Source: Armatimonadota bacterium
GTDB taxonomy: Bacteria; Armatimonadota; Hebobacteria; CAIYQO01
Direction: 5' to 3'
NCBI GenBank assembly: GCA_038248345.1
Contig: JBBRXO010000019.1
Coordinates: forward strand, 1 to 32,011
Length of the DNA: 32,011 nt
Positions 8,901 through 17,735 of the stretch are shown piece after piece. How positions within the stretch are numbered: position 1 is the stretch's first letter; every line of letters starts with the position of its first letter. The notes beneath the pieces were generated by a model. The model saw nothing but the letters and a program-made list of their open reading frames with translations, did no database searches and was not told the DNA's origin. Position numbers and translations under genes: made by a program.

Positions 8901-8915
8901 TTGATATAATATCAA
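8901..8915 (+). promoter_or_regulatory. Extended -10 (TGATATAAT) within the palindrome TTGATAT-A-ATATCAA
   Basis: TGnTATAAT at 8902-8910, upstream of the URO-D-family gene, overlapped by a 7-bp inverted repeat. Confidence 0.55.
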
Positions 8916-8991
8916 CTGTTAAATCGCACGCACTATGCGATATAGTGTATGCCGTGAATTGATGAATTTTTCGAGAGGTGGGGTAACTACT

Positions 8992-10134
8992 ATGACACAC
9001 AAGGAGCATATACTACGTCATATTGCCGGAGAGCCAGTAGAACGCATCCCGATAATCGGGGGTTGGGGGCTGGGGATTAAGAATCTAGCTACCTGGGGAG
9101 ATTTCTCTACTGAAGAATATATGCAAGACCCGGAAGCGCATGTAGTGCTGGCGAATCGTCGTCTGGGGGTAGACGGCATCCCCTCCGGCTTTGTGGTGCC
9201 GCGCGAATTGGAAGCAATCCGTGAATTTAGCATGCTGGAGAAATCTTTTAGCGAGGTTGAGCCTGAGACACTGGTAGATATCGCCGCGGCAATCCCCGAA
9301 AATGCAACGGCGCTGCTGAAGGAAAGATTCGATCCTGCTGCGGTAGAAGCTGAGAACCGAGCGCATATCGAGAGTAACCTGGCTGCGCTGGGCGATATTG
9401 CTATGATACCCACTTTCTGGAACGCATCTGTGGCATTTTCCCTCTATTCTGCCTATGGTTACGTCGCTTTCCTGACTGCCGTTGCCCTTTACCCCGAAGC
9501 TGTTGAACGCATCTACTGGGCGGACGGGGTTATCTCGCGTGAGCAGAACAAGATCATCGCCCGCCTGATGCATGAATACGACCTCATTCCGCTGGTTTTA
9601 ACCGGTGATGATATCTGCACCAATGATGGCCCGATGGCGAATCCGCAATTTCTCCGTGAGCGGTATTGGCCCCATGCCTCTTTTGCGCTGGAGCCATTTC
9701 TCGATGCAGGTATCCGCCTTATCCATCACTGCGACGGAAATGTGATGCCGATGTTACCAGATATGGTTGCCGCCGGCTTCTCTGGTTTCCAGGGTTTCCA
9801 GTACGAATGCGGGGTAGATATCTACGAGTTACGTAAACAACGTAGTATACGCGGCGAAGAGATGCTTATCATCGGCGGCCTTTCCGTCACCCGTACCCTC
9901 CCCTTCGGCAATCCAGATGACGTAAAACGTGAGATTGACTACTGTCTGGATGCCACCGACGGCGGTCGCGGCTTCTTCCTCTTCACCAGTAATGTCACTG
10001 GTGTTGAAGTTCCCCCCCAAAACCTGGAAACTGCATATCAGTATTTGAAGGCTTACCAGCCCGGTACAGAGCGGACACGTGAAAAAATCCTGATCCCGCC
10101 AGCTCGTAGCATAACTCCCGGAACTATAAGCTGA
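8992..10134 (+). CDS. Uroporphyrinogen decarboxylase / MtaA-CmuA family protein
   Basis: GEPVERIP, LTGDDIC, IHHCDGNV, GGLSVTRTLPFGNPDDVKREI and VPPQNL motifs. Start set at ATG 8992 after GAGGTG. Confidence 0.85.
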   Translation: MTHKEHILRHIAGEPVERIPIIGGWGLGIKNLATWGDFSTEEYMQDPEAHVVLANRRLGVDGIPSGFVVPRELEAIREFSMLEKSFSEVEPETLVDIAAAIPENATALLKERFDPAAVEAENRAHIESNLAALGDIAMIPTFWNASVAFSLYSAYGYVAFLTAVALYPEAVERIYWADGVISREQNKIIARLMHEYDLIPLVLTGDDICTNDGPMANPQFLRERYWPHASFALEPFLDAGIRLIHHCDGNVMPMLPDMVAAGFSGFQGFQYECGVDIYELRKQRSIRGEEMLIIGGLSVTRTLPFGNPDDVKREIDYCLDATDGGRGFFLFTSNVTGVEVPPQNLETAYQYLKAYQPGTERTREKILIPPARSITPGTIS

Positions 10135-10153
10135 AGTGCTAGGAGTAACTTAT

Positions 10154-10177
10154 AGCCTCGTGCTTTAGCACGTGGAG
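10154..10177. mobile_element. Isolated IS200/IS605-like subterminal hairpin
   Basis: AGCCTCGTGCTTTAGCACGTGGAG fits the AGCC-stem-TTTA-stem-GGAG end pattern of IS200/IS605 elements; no tnpA or tnpB nearby. Confidence 0.5.
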
Positions 10178-10190
10178 AAACGAAGAAATA

Positions 10191-10268
10191 TTGACATGAA
10201 TGAAGGTAGCAAGATACTATTCTTCTCAAAGGCTCTTTCATTGACCAACAACCAGTGGTGGTCAATGA
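10191..10268 (+). promoter_or_regulatory. Putative promoter and leader hairpin of the second AraC gene
   Basis: TTGACA (10191-10196) with GATACT at 16 bp or TACTAT at 18 bp; inverted repeat TCATTGACCA...TGGTCAATGA (10238-10268) just before RBS GAAAGGA. Confidence 0.5.
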
Positions 10269-10289
10269 TTGTTGAAAGGAAATGTCTGT

Positions 10290-11138
10290 ATGCCAGTGCA
10301 CATGTGGGCAGGTCAACATCCTGAACCTGTCCAGGAAATCGGGGGGCTTTGGGTAAATTCATTAGGGCGAGATCTGCGTCCTGAAGATAGCCTGAGTGTG
10401 CATAGTCACACGGTATCGCATTGTTTTACCTACCTGCACGAGGGGCAGGGGGAAATAGTAATAAACAATCATCATTTCAACATCACTACCGGTGATTTCA
10501 TTGTTCTCCCCAAAGGATACACTATCAGCCAGTTCCCCGACATGGAACACCCCTGGGCATTCTATTGGATCTCAATTGATGGCCCTTTAACTAATGCGCT
10601 TATGAACCTTTTTGGCTGGACAAATAAATTTGCATCTTTCAATATCGGTACCCAAACTGAGTTCATTGACTACTTCAATCGCATATTAGATCGTATCCAT
10701 GAACTTCCCTATGGGAGATACCATGCAAATTCACTAGGTTACCAGTTGCTAGCTTATCTAGGCGACCTAACTTGTGAACACCACGAAGATAAACACTATA
10801 AACCGACATCCACCATAAACGATATCATTACCTACCTCGGTAGACATCTCCATGAGCCATTAACGGTGGATGATATTGCGGCGCACTTCTCCCTGTCACA
10901 TTCACAGCTGGCGCGGCGCTTCCGCATTGATGCCGGTATGTCACCCGCCAAATACTTGAATGAATTACGCATCGACCGGGCGAAAGCTATGCTCTTTTCC
11001 AATAAACCGGTCTCATTAATTGCTGAAATGATCGGCATTCAAGACGTTAACTATTTCTACCGGCTCTTCAAGCATACCACTGGCTTAACTCCGCAACAAT
11101 ATCGGGTGAAAATTGTCCGCCCAGAGAAGGGCTGCTAG
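10290..11138 (+). CDS. AraC family transcriptional regulator
   Basis: AraC-binding cupin (HSHT...YLHEGQG...PWAFYWISIDG) and HTH (IAEMIGIQDVNYFYRLFKHTTGLTPQQYR). ATG 10290 chosen from the RBS. Confidence 0.95.
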   Translation: MPVHMWAGQHPEPVQEIGGLWVNSLGRDLRPEDSLSVHSHTVSHCFTYLHEGQGEIVINNHHFNITTGDFIVLPKGYTISQFPDMEHPWAFYWISIDGPLTNALMNLFGWTNKFASFNIGTQTEFIDYFNRILDRIHELPYGRYHANSLGYQLLAYLGDLTCEHHEDKHYKPTSTINDIITYLGRHLHEPLTVDDIAAHFSLSHSQLARRFRIDAGMSPAKYLNELRIDRAKAMLFSNKPVSLIAEMIGIQDVNYFYRLFKHTTGLTPQQYRVKIVRPEKGC

Positions 11139-11141
11139 GCG

Positions 11142-11174
11142 CAGGCGGCCCGGCATGAATCGCCGGGCCGCCTG
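11142..11174. terminator. GC-rich hairpin between convergent genes
   Basis: CAGGCGGCCCGGC-7 nt-GCCGGGCCGCCTG, a perfect 13-bp stem between stops at 11138 and 11185. Confidence 0.75.
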
Positions 11175-11184
11175 GATCGTTGAG

Positions 11185-14100
11185 TTATTTGGGAAACGCA
11201 AATCGGACAATCTGCCCGGCGGGGATCACACATTGCTCCCGCAAGTGGAATTTATTCGTAATTTCCACTGGTGTTTCTATCAGTGCCGTAATCTCGGCAT
11301 CCGTCGGATTATTCATTTCAATAGATATCTTATCCTTCTCCCAATTTATGATAGAGAGCCGCAATTGTGCATTATCTGCCATGATGATATTGCCCGCGTA
11401 GAAGATTCCGCCTTTGGTGGCATCAAGCCGTGACCACCCGTTACCTTCAAAGACACCGAATGGAAACATCGCCCCATCGGCACGCCACAACGCCGCATCC
11501 CAGTTCATATTTATACCCTTAATTGCCAGTGGCAATTGGTATGGCATAGCAGCGGCAGCTTTCAGCTCACCGGCAATGCCAAAATGCTCGGCAGTGAACG
11601 AAGCAACATAAGCTACTCCATCCAGCGTCCCTTTTTTTATCTGCAATTGATACGGCGTACCGTCCACCCCGAACCCCATATTGGTTCGCATCTCCTGCAT
11701 CTTCTCTTTCGCCGGCACTTTAACGAAACGCCCATACCAGGATGTTTCCTTTGGAAGCAATGATCCCTTTACCGCTCCCGGAGTGAAGCCAACCGTGCCG
11801 TCTGCACCGACACGAATTCCAGGCGATAGCGCGAGCATATCCCCGGCATATCCACCGACCGGCAGGTCAATATAGCTTTTCTCCAGCGTGCCTTTGATTA
11901 CCTTCCCGTCTGTCTGGGTATAGCCATACTCCGGTTTTGGATCGATGCGCGTGAACGATGGGAAGATATCCTCCGCTAGCGTCACCGGCATACGTAGCCG
12001 CACCGTAACCTCTTTGATAATCATGGGCCGACGCTGATCTTTCTCACGGTACTCTTCACTCACGCCAAAATCAGAATAACGTACCCGCCCCGCATATACA
12101 CGACTTCGCGTCGTCACTTGTGAGGGTTTACCATCATAGATCAAGTCCTCTTTAAGCGCATACCAATAGCGTTGATCAAGGTCGGAATCCATCACATGAA
12201 CGACTTGGCTGGCATATGGAAAATCCAAGAGCGATGCCATATTATCTCCGCGATCCGGGCCGTGATATTGCGGGAGTAGACCACGCCCTTCCTGCACATC
12301 GGGAACGGGCACCTGCAGATCAACATCTGGAATATCTGTACCTGTATATTGCCAGACAAAGCCGAAGAAATTCTGTCGGTCACTACAGCGGATGGTATAC
12401 CGTGCTGCTATCCCATAGACCATCGTCGGCGTGATCGCTGTTCGTCCCAGCGCGTCTTGCACACGGATATAGTAATACCGCAAATTTGCATGCGGCAAGA
12501 AAATAGTCTGCTCAACATTACGGCTATTCGGGTTCCACTTTCGAATTGGGTAGTGGTCACCAATTATAGAGATGTCAGTAATGGGTACGTCGCTCTGCGC
12601 TTTAATACGGACACTGGCTCCGCTCTGGTTGCCATCGGATGCCCAGGTCAATAAGTGCGCGTTGCCGGTAGAGGACTGGAGTTCGGTAATGACCGGACCG
12701 GAAGAGATGTATACATGCGCCGGGTTCTCCCAAAAATGTTGCTCACCGATGAGCAAATACCAGGCCGCATTCCGAGCGGTATCCGCCGTAGTAAACACCT
12801 GGTGCCCGGCAGCAGCGGCTGCCTTTACTTCGGCGGGCGCGTATATCTCATGAGTTGCCAAAGGGAACATCATACTGCGGTTATTCACTTGCCATTGGTA
12901 GGGTAACAAGCCGTTATCGACGAGTTTGCCATTTCGGTAAGTATATACAGCGAGTGCTGAGGCGAACTTATATAGTTGTTGCGGCATAGGTGTAGTTGAG
13001 GGACGTGCGATCACCGTTAGATGCGCGCCGAATCCTAGCGACAGGAATTGTGTCTGCTTCAGCGCCTTTTTATCAGTGGTTAACAACGATTCTGCGGGGT
13101 AGGAACGCAACCCAATGAGCAAAAACCGGTTCTGATTAGGGTCAGCGATGTCAAGGCCAGGCACTACGATCAGCTCGTCATTGCTGGCTTGCTGACATGC
13201 AGTGATAAAATTCGCCCACACAAGTGGATCGAGATACTCGAAGGTCTCGGTCATAACTAGAATTGAGTAACCTTCGGCGCGAGCGGCGGCCGCATACTCG
13301 GCAATAGTTCCTTTTCCATTGCTGAACGCACTCCGTGCGCCGATGAGTACCTTCCACGTTTTGGCATTACCCTCTTGCCAGGCAGTTGTCCATGACGGTA
13401 TTACAACGGGAGGAGCAGCAGTCTGCGCAGTAAAGCGCGCATTAGTATATCCGCCCAGCCCCGCGCCTTTTGTCTCGGCGATCAGCCAATTCAGCGTATT
13501 CAGCAACAAACGGTAGCCGTCGCTGTTTAGCTCGCCTTCGCCTTTCTCCATAAAAATGCCTTCAATGGGGCCGATATTCGCTTCACCGACCCAACCCCCG
13601 GCGGCGTATGGCATCAGTAGGGTGCAGAATGGCGAGATGGTCGTAACTGTTACTCTACCTTTGCCGATCTGACGTGAAGCGGCCATCACGGGTGCACCTT
13701 CGTTCGGTACCGGCACCCAGGCGTCCTGCACTCGCATGGCGGCGACACTGTTCAGCATACCACTCACAATTGGTTGCCAGGCTTTGTCATCCAGCACGAG
13801 CGCGCTGGTAGCATACATGTCGTCCCAGCGGAGGCAATTTGTTGGGTACCAGATGCGGTGTACTTCCGCAGTAAGTGGTGAATCAGGAATATTTGTCGTC
13901 CAGGAGTATTGACCTTTCACCCCGCTATGTTCATCATCGCGAATTTGCACCGCGCGCACACGCGCACCCCAGGGAGCCAGCATGGATTCGCACCCATCTG
14001 CTCCAGCAGTTCCAGCGAGAGAAATCGAAATGAAGGCACTCCCGCCCGCCTCAATGTACTGATGCAATACTTCTAGATTTCTAGAAGTAGCATAATAATC

Positions 14101-14394
14101 ATTCAGCGAATTAGAGAGTGCGAAGAATGGTGTGTTAATGCCACCATAGTCTGGGGCTATTACCGCATCGAATAGCTTCATCGCCTCCAAGCTGATTGGG
14201 GTGCTCCAGGCACGACTGACTAAGGCGATGCCATCTTTGACGAAACGTTTTTCCAACGTTGGATCAATCTTTGTCCCCATCACCAGCACCGTTTTGGTGG
14301 GTGCCGGGTCTTGCGCAAATGCCAGTGAGGTCGCCCCCATAGTCAACAGTAGCGCCAACCCCAGGAACAGTACTCTGGTTAAGTTTTTGTGCAT
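11185..14394 (-). CDS. Large secreted protein with a GATase-like N-terminal region and a degenerate PHP-like domain
   Basis: Signal peptide ending ...SLAFA-QD. LHQYIEAGGS and RQIGKGRV are GATase-like. LIGARSAFSNGKGTIAEYAAAARAEGYSILVMTE follows PHP motif spacing. RBS GAAGGGG. Confidence 0.7.
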   Translation of the reverse strand: MHKNLTRVLFLGLALLLTMGATSLAFAQDPAPTKTVLVMGTKIDPTLEKRFVKDGIALVSRAWSTPISLEAMKLFDAVIAPDYGGINTPFFALSNSLNDYYATSRNLEVLHQYIEAGGSAFISISLAGTAGADGCESMLAPWGARVRAVQIRDDEHSGVKGQYSWTTNIPDSPLTAEVHRIWYPTNCLRWDDMYATSALVLDDKAWQPIVSGMLNSVAAMRVQDAWVPVPNEGAPVMAASRQIGKGRVTVTTISPFCTLLMPYAAGGWVGEANIGPIEGIFMEKGEGELNSDGYRLLLNTLNWLIAETKGAGLGGYTNARFTAQTAAPPVVIPSWTTAWQEGNAKTWKVLIGARSAFSNGKGTIAEYAAAARAEGYSILVMTETFEYLDPLVWANFITACQQASNDELIVVPGLDIADPNQNRFLLIGLRSYPAESLLTTDKKALKQTQFLSLGFGAHLTVIARPSTTPMPQQLYKFASALAVYTYRNGKLVDNGLLPYQWQVNNRSMMFPLATHEIYAPAEVKAAAAAGHQVFTTADTARNAAWYLLIGEQHFWENPAHVYISSGPVITELQSSTGNAHLLTWASDGNQSGASVRIKAQSDVPITDISIIGDHYPIRKWNPNSRNVEQTIFLPHANLRYYYIRVQDALGRTAITPTMVYGIAARYTIRCSDRQNFFGFVWQYTGTDIPDVDLQVPVPDVQEGRGLLPQYHGPDRGDNMASLLDFPYASQVVHVMDSDLDQRYWYALKEDLIYDGKPSQVTTRSRVYAGRVRYSDFGVSEEYREKDQRRPMIIKEVTVRLRMPVTLAEDIFPSFTRIDPKPEYGYTQTDGKVIKGTLEKSYIDLPVGGYAGDMLALSPGIRVGADGTVGFTPGAVKGSLLPKETSWYGRFVKVPAKEKMQEMRTNMGFGVDGTPYQLQIKKGTLDGVAYVASFTAEHFGIAGELKAAAAMPYQLPLAIKGINMNWDAALWRADGAMFPFGVFEGNGWSRLDATKGGIFYAGNIIMADNAQLRLSIINWEKDKISIEMNNPTDAEITALIETPVEITNKFHLREQCVIPAGQIVRFAFPK

Positions 14395-14447
14395 ATTAAT
14401 CCCCTTCGCAGCGCGTCTTTTGTGCTGCTGTCCGGTCAGTTTTTACT

Positions 14448-17400
14448 TTATTTTCCGACCTGCTGTTCAAATTCCTCGCGGGTCATCTTGCCTGTCAAAT
14501 AGCTATGAGAAAGCATGGCATTGTGCCGTGTATTTATTTCACCGTGAACTAATGCTGAGGCTAATATCGGAATGCTGCTTGCCGCTCCCAGTCGTCCTAA
14601 TGCCACAGCGAGTTGTGAGAGTACCGGGAAGAAATCGTCATCCCGGGCAAACGCCTGCTCTAGCAATGCAAGGGCGCTGCTATCGCCAAGTTGTCCCAGC
14701 GCTATCACAACTGCACAGCGGACACGCCAGCGTTTCACCGCCAGCGGCATCTCCAGTGTCTCGTCGACCCCTTCTGTCCGATCGGAAGCACGGAGCATCA
14801 TGCTCCAACTCCACCAGCGATGCAGTTCAGGATAAGGCTTCTCCGCTTCGCTTTCCTCGAACAAGCGCATTAACACCGGCACCGCTTCAATGATCCGCAA
14901 TCTACCAATTACATCTGCAGCGGCCATCTGAAGCTTCCAATCACCCCCTGCCAATACATTAAGGAAAACCGGCGATGCGGCAATACCAACGTTCTCAGCC
15001 AGTGCATAAAGCTGTGCAGGCGATGTTGGCTGTACAATATCTGAAGCAACGGCGGGGGGAAGGTCAATGACGATTTCACCGGCTGTCGCGTCTAATGTAC
15101 CCTCATATCTCTCACCATTGATGAATACCCGACATGTCCCGGTAGTTGCGACGCGTAAGCGATGGTCTGTTGATCCACTATAGGTAATAAAAAGGCAACC
15201 GGATCGACGAAGGAGTAACAGTCCGTCATTCCATTGCAGATGCATGGTTATACCATCAGGTGTCTTCCCAATCTGTGTCTGGGCTGACGTCCAGCTTAAA
15301 GAAACGGGGATGTTTGCGGATAAGGTAAGCTGCTGGGGGAGCGCTAGCTGGGTTACCTCTATAGCTGCAATGGCCCCGTCCCAGCTCTTTACCGCATAGC
15401 GTGCGTCGGTCTGTCCCCCACCCCAATTAACAACCCCACCATGATGCTCAAGGAGAATATCATCTACTTTGCTGCCGATAGTGACGCGCAGGTTATCGTC
15501 GCTTACGCGGGTAACCGCTACGGCATCAGCAGGACGGTCTACTTTCAGCAATACAGGACCACAAACCGACTCGCCATGAAAAAATGGCGCACTTAATTCT
15601 AGCTCATTTTCGCCTAAACGCAAGCAGCCCGTAACCTCAAACAACTGTGGTAGCATCGTACCGCTTATCCACTGGCTACCGGTATCTGCTTGTACTTGTG
15701 CTTGAACAGAAGTACCATTTACTATACATTTCAGCTCTTTTGGAGCAATCGCCACCTCGACATAATATCGGCACCCCACTTTAGGGATGATACTGTATGT
15801 TCGCTTAAAGCTCCGCCCTTCCTCCGGGAAAAGAGCGGTGTCACTCAGGTACGCGGTGCGGAGTGAAACTACATCCCTGGCGCCACCTATCGTGCGCTGC
15901 CACTCGTCAGACAAGTCATCAAACAACACTGACCGCGCCTGGGGGATGAGCGCGACATCAATGCGTGTCTCCAGCGCTGGTGGCATGGTACATGAGCAGC
16001 GAATGCTCTTACCATCCGGTTGGCTGGGGTACGTTGGAATCTCATCCAGCACACACTGAGCCTCCGCCGGAAATACCAGGTCACATTGCACGAGTTCGGG
16101 GGCCTCGATGATGACACGCTGGTCAGAGAGAACCGCCGGACTACGTAAATAAGCCTGCCATGTTATTGAATGTGGCGATGCGGCACGTACTTGATCAGAG
16201 ATAATGGCATACCTTCCGTCAATTAACAGACTGGTACGCGTCACTGATTCGACATCGTAGCGATCCCGATAATGATCTGTTGCCGCAGAACGCAACACTT
16301 TTAGCGGGTCAAAGGCGTGTAATGCTTCACCAACGCCATGACATGGATGTAACGGGACATACCATGATTCACCATCAAGGATGAGTGTATTTGCTTGTCC
16401 GATATTGCCGTCGATCCCGTAGCGCATGGCGTCTTCCAGGGTAGGTTCCCCACCCCAAGTTACCCGCATGTAATTCTGTAGTGTCTCAAAAACATGCCTG
16501 CCGGTATAGGCTGCTATGGTTTCCACCGGCATCGGCGCTAATTCCTTCGGTAAGAAGATCCTGCCATCCAGCACGAGTGGGCTCCCCAGTGCTTCAAATG
16601 TCACGGAATTCGGGTCGACATGGAAGCGTCCTGCTTGCCCAAGCCCACCACAGATATCCCAATATTGCATGAGGCGGATTTTTTGTCCGGTGTATTGCAG
16701 TGCCCCGCCCACTTCATCGAGCATCCAGTCGGGGGAAACGGCGGGCGCGCCATTATCAATCTCCTGCGGCCACCAGATGAGCGACCACAACCTGTCATCA
16801 TGTCCCCATGCTGGTAAGGATGTGCGGTACCAGAGTTGTGCATCGCGAATAGTGGCCAGAGGCCGCGGGTCGCCAGTCTGTTTAGCCAGCATTACCAGAC
16901 CACACTTGATGTCAGCCGCGCTGAAGCCGTAGTGATCCCAGGCGGCCAGCAAGCCGGCTGGGCTGATTATCTTCCAACTGGTCTGCAACACCGTTATCAG
17001 CGGTCGAAATGACGGTGCCACCCCCTGGGCAAAGACGGGCACGCCAGATATCTCTTCGTATAACATCCCCGACATTGCGATTAGCGGTTGCACCACGCTA
17101 CATTGATAAGCGCTGCCTTCTGATGAATACCCTCCGGCAGGCAAGCGACGAAACTCCTCAGTAAGAGAGGCGAAGCCCACGTCTAATAACGTCCGTGCCA
17201 GTGAATTATCTCCGCGATGTACCCCATAGACATAGCCTACGGTAGCCGCGCAGAAGGCATTAGATAATATCTGATTCTCAAAGATATTAGCCCGCGATAC
17301 TACGTTGGGCCAGGCGAAAGTATAGGCGTGGTCGATTATCGCTTCACTGATTGCTTCATTCTCTGCAGCTGAGAAAAGGTCGCAATCCATCAACCAATCA

Positions 17401-17735
17401 TGCCAGATGGCCCAGCGTGCGAGTGGGGCCACAGTGACGTGTGTGTGCATTTGGGCATCGAGGCTGGTATCACCCTCATTTTTTTGCGCCACAAACCGCA
17501 AAAAACATTCACGAGCGCGCTGACGATCGTCTTCTTTTTCCGTCAGAATTGCTGCCAGCACGGTATACGGCGAATTCCACAGCGGATCCTGCTGTGATAG
17601 GGTGTAAAACTGCTCCCAGTATGGGAATAAGACTGATTGGGGCGAAAGTAGCTTCGCCCGCAATGCTGGTAGAGAACACCCCATCAGGAGTGGGTTACTT
17701 GCCGTTGTTCGCATATAACTCCCTTGCGTGGTCAT
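14448..17735 (-). CDS. Heparinase II/III-like polysaccharide lyase fused to C-terminal HEAT repeats
   Basis: Helical N-terminal domain with GGYSSEGSAY, then FHVDPNSVTFEALGSPLVLDG and ANTLILDG. HEAT repeats AADVIGRLRIIEAVPVL, AVVIALGQLGD and LAVALGRLG. ATG 17735 overlaps the upstream TGA; 17714 is an alternative start. Confidence 0.75.
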   Translation of the reverse strand: MTTQGSYMRTTASNPLLMGCSLPALRAKLLSPQSVLFPYWEQFYTLSQQDPLWNSPYTVLAAILTEKEDDRQRARECFLRFVAQKNEGDTSLDAQMHTHVTVAPLARWAIWHDWLMDCDLFSAAENEAISEAIIDHAYTFAWPNVVSRANIFENQILSNAFCAATVGYVYGVHRGDNSLARTLLDVGFASLTEEFRRLPAGGYSSEGSAYQCSVVQPLIAMSGMLYEEISGVPVFAQGVAPSFRPLITVLQTSWKIISPAGLLAAWDHYGFSAADIKCGLVMLAKQTGDPRPLATIRDAQLWYRTSLPAWGHDDRLWSLIWWPQEIDNGAPAVSPDWMLDEVGGALQYTGQKIRLMQYWDICGGLGQAGRFHVDPNSVTFEALGSPLVLDGRIFLPKELAPMPVETIAAYTGRHVFETLQNYMRVTWGGEPTLEDAMRYGIDGNIGQANTLILDGESWYVPLHPCHGVGEALHAFDPLKVLRSAATDHYRDRYDVESVTRTSLLIDGRYAIISDQVRAASPHSITWQAYLRSPAVLSDQRVIIEAPELVQCDLVFPAEAQCVLDEIPTYPSQPDGKSIRCSCTMPPALETRIDVALIPQARSVLFDDLSDEWQRTIGGARDVVSLRTAYLSDTALFPEEGRSFKRTYSIIPKVGCRYYVEVAIAPKELKCIVNGTSVQAQVQADTGSQWISGTMLPQLFEVTGCLRLGENELELSAPFFHGESVCGPVLLKVDRPADAVAVTRVSDDNLRVTIGSKVDDILLEHHGGVVNWGGGQTDARYAVKSWDGAIAAIEVTQLALPQQLTLSANIPVSLSWTSAQTQIGKTPDGITMHLQWNDGLLLLRRSGCLFITYSGSTDHRLRVATTGTCRVFINGERYEGTLDATAGEIVIDLPPAVASDIVQPTSPAQLYALAENVGIAASPVFLNVLAGGDWKLQMAAADVIGRLRIIEAVPVLMRLFEESEAEKPYPELHRWWSWSMMLRASDRTEGVDETLEMPLAVKRWRVRCAVVIALGQLGDSSALALLEQAFARDDDFFPVLSQLAVALGRLGAASSIPILASALVHGEINTRHNAMLSHSYLTGKMTREEFEQQVGK

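Noticed and set aside
8992..10134. Calling this gene hemE
   Set aside because: It lacks the N-terminal RQAGR signature and any heme-pathway context; only a family-level call is supported.
14201..14893. 230-aa plus-strand ORF
   Set aside because: Overlaps two well-supported minus-strand genes and has an atypical composition.
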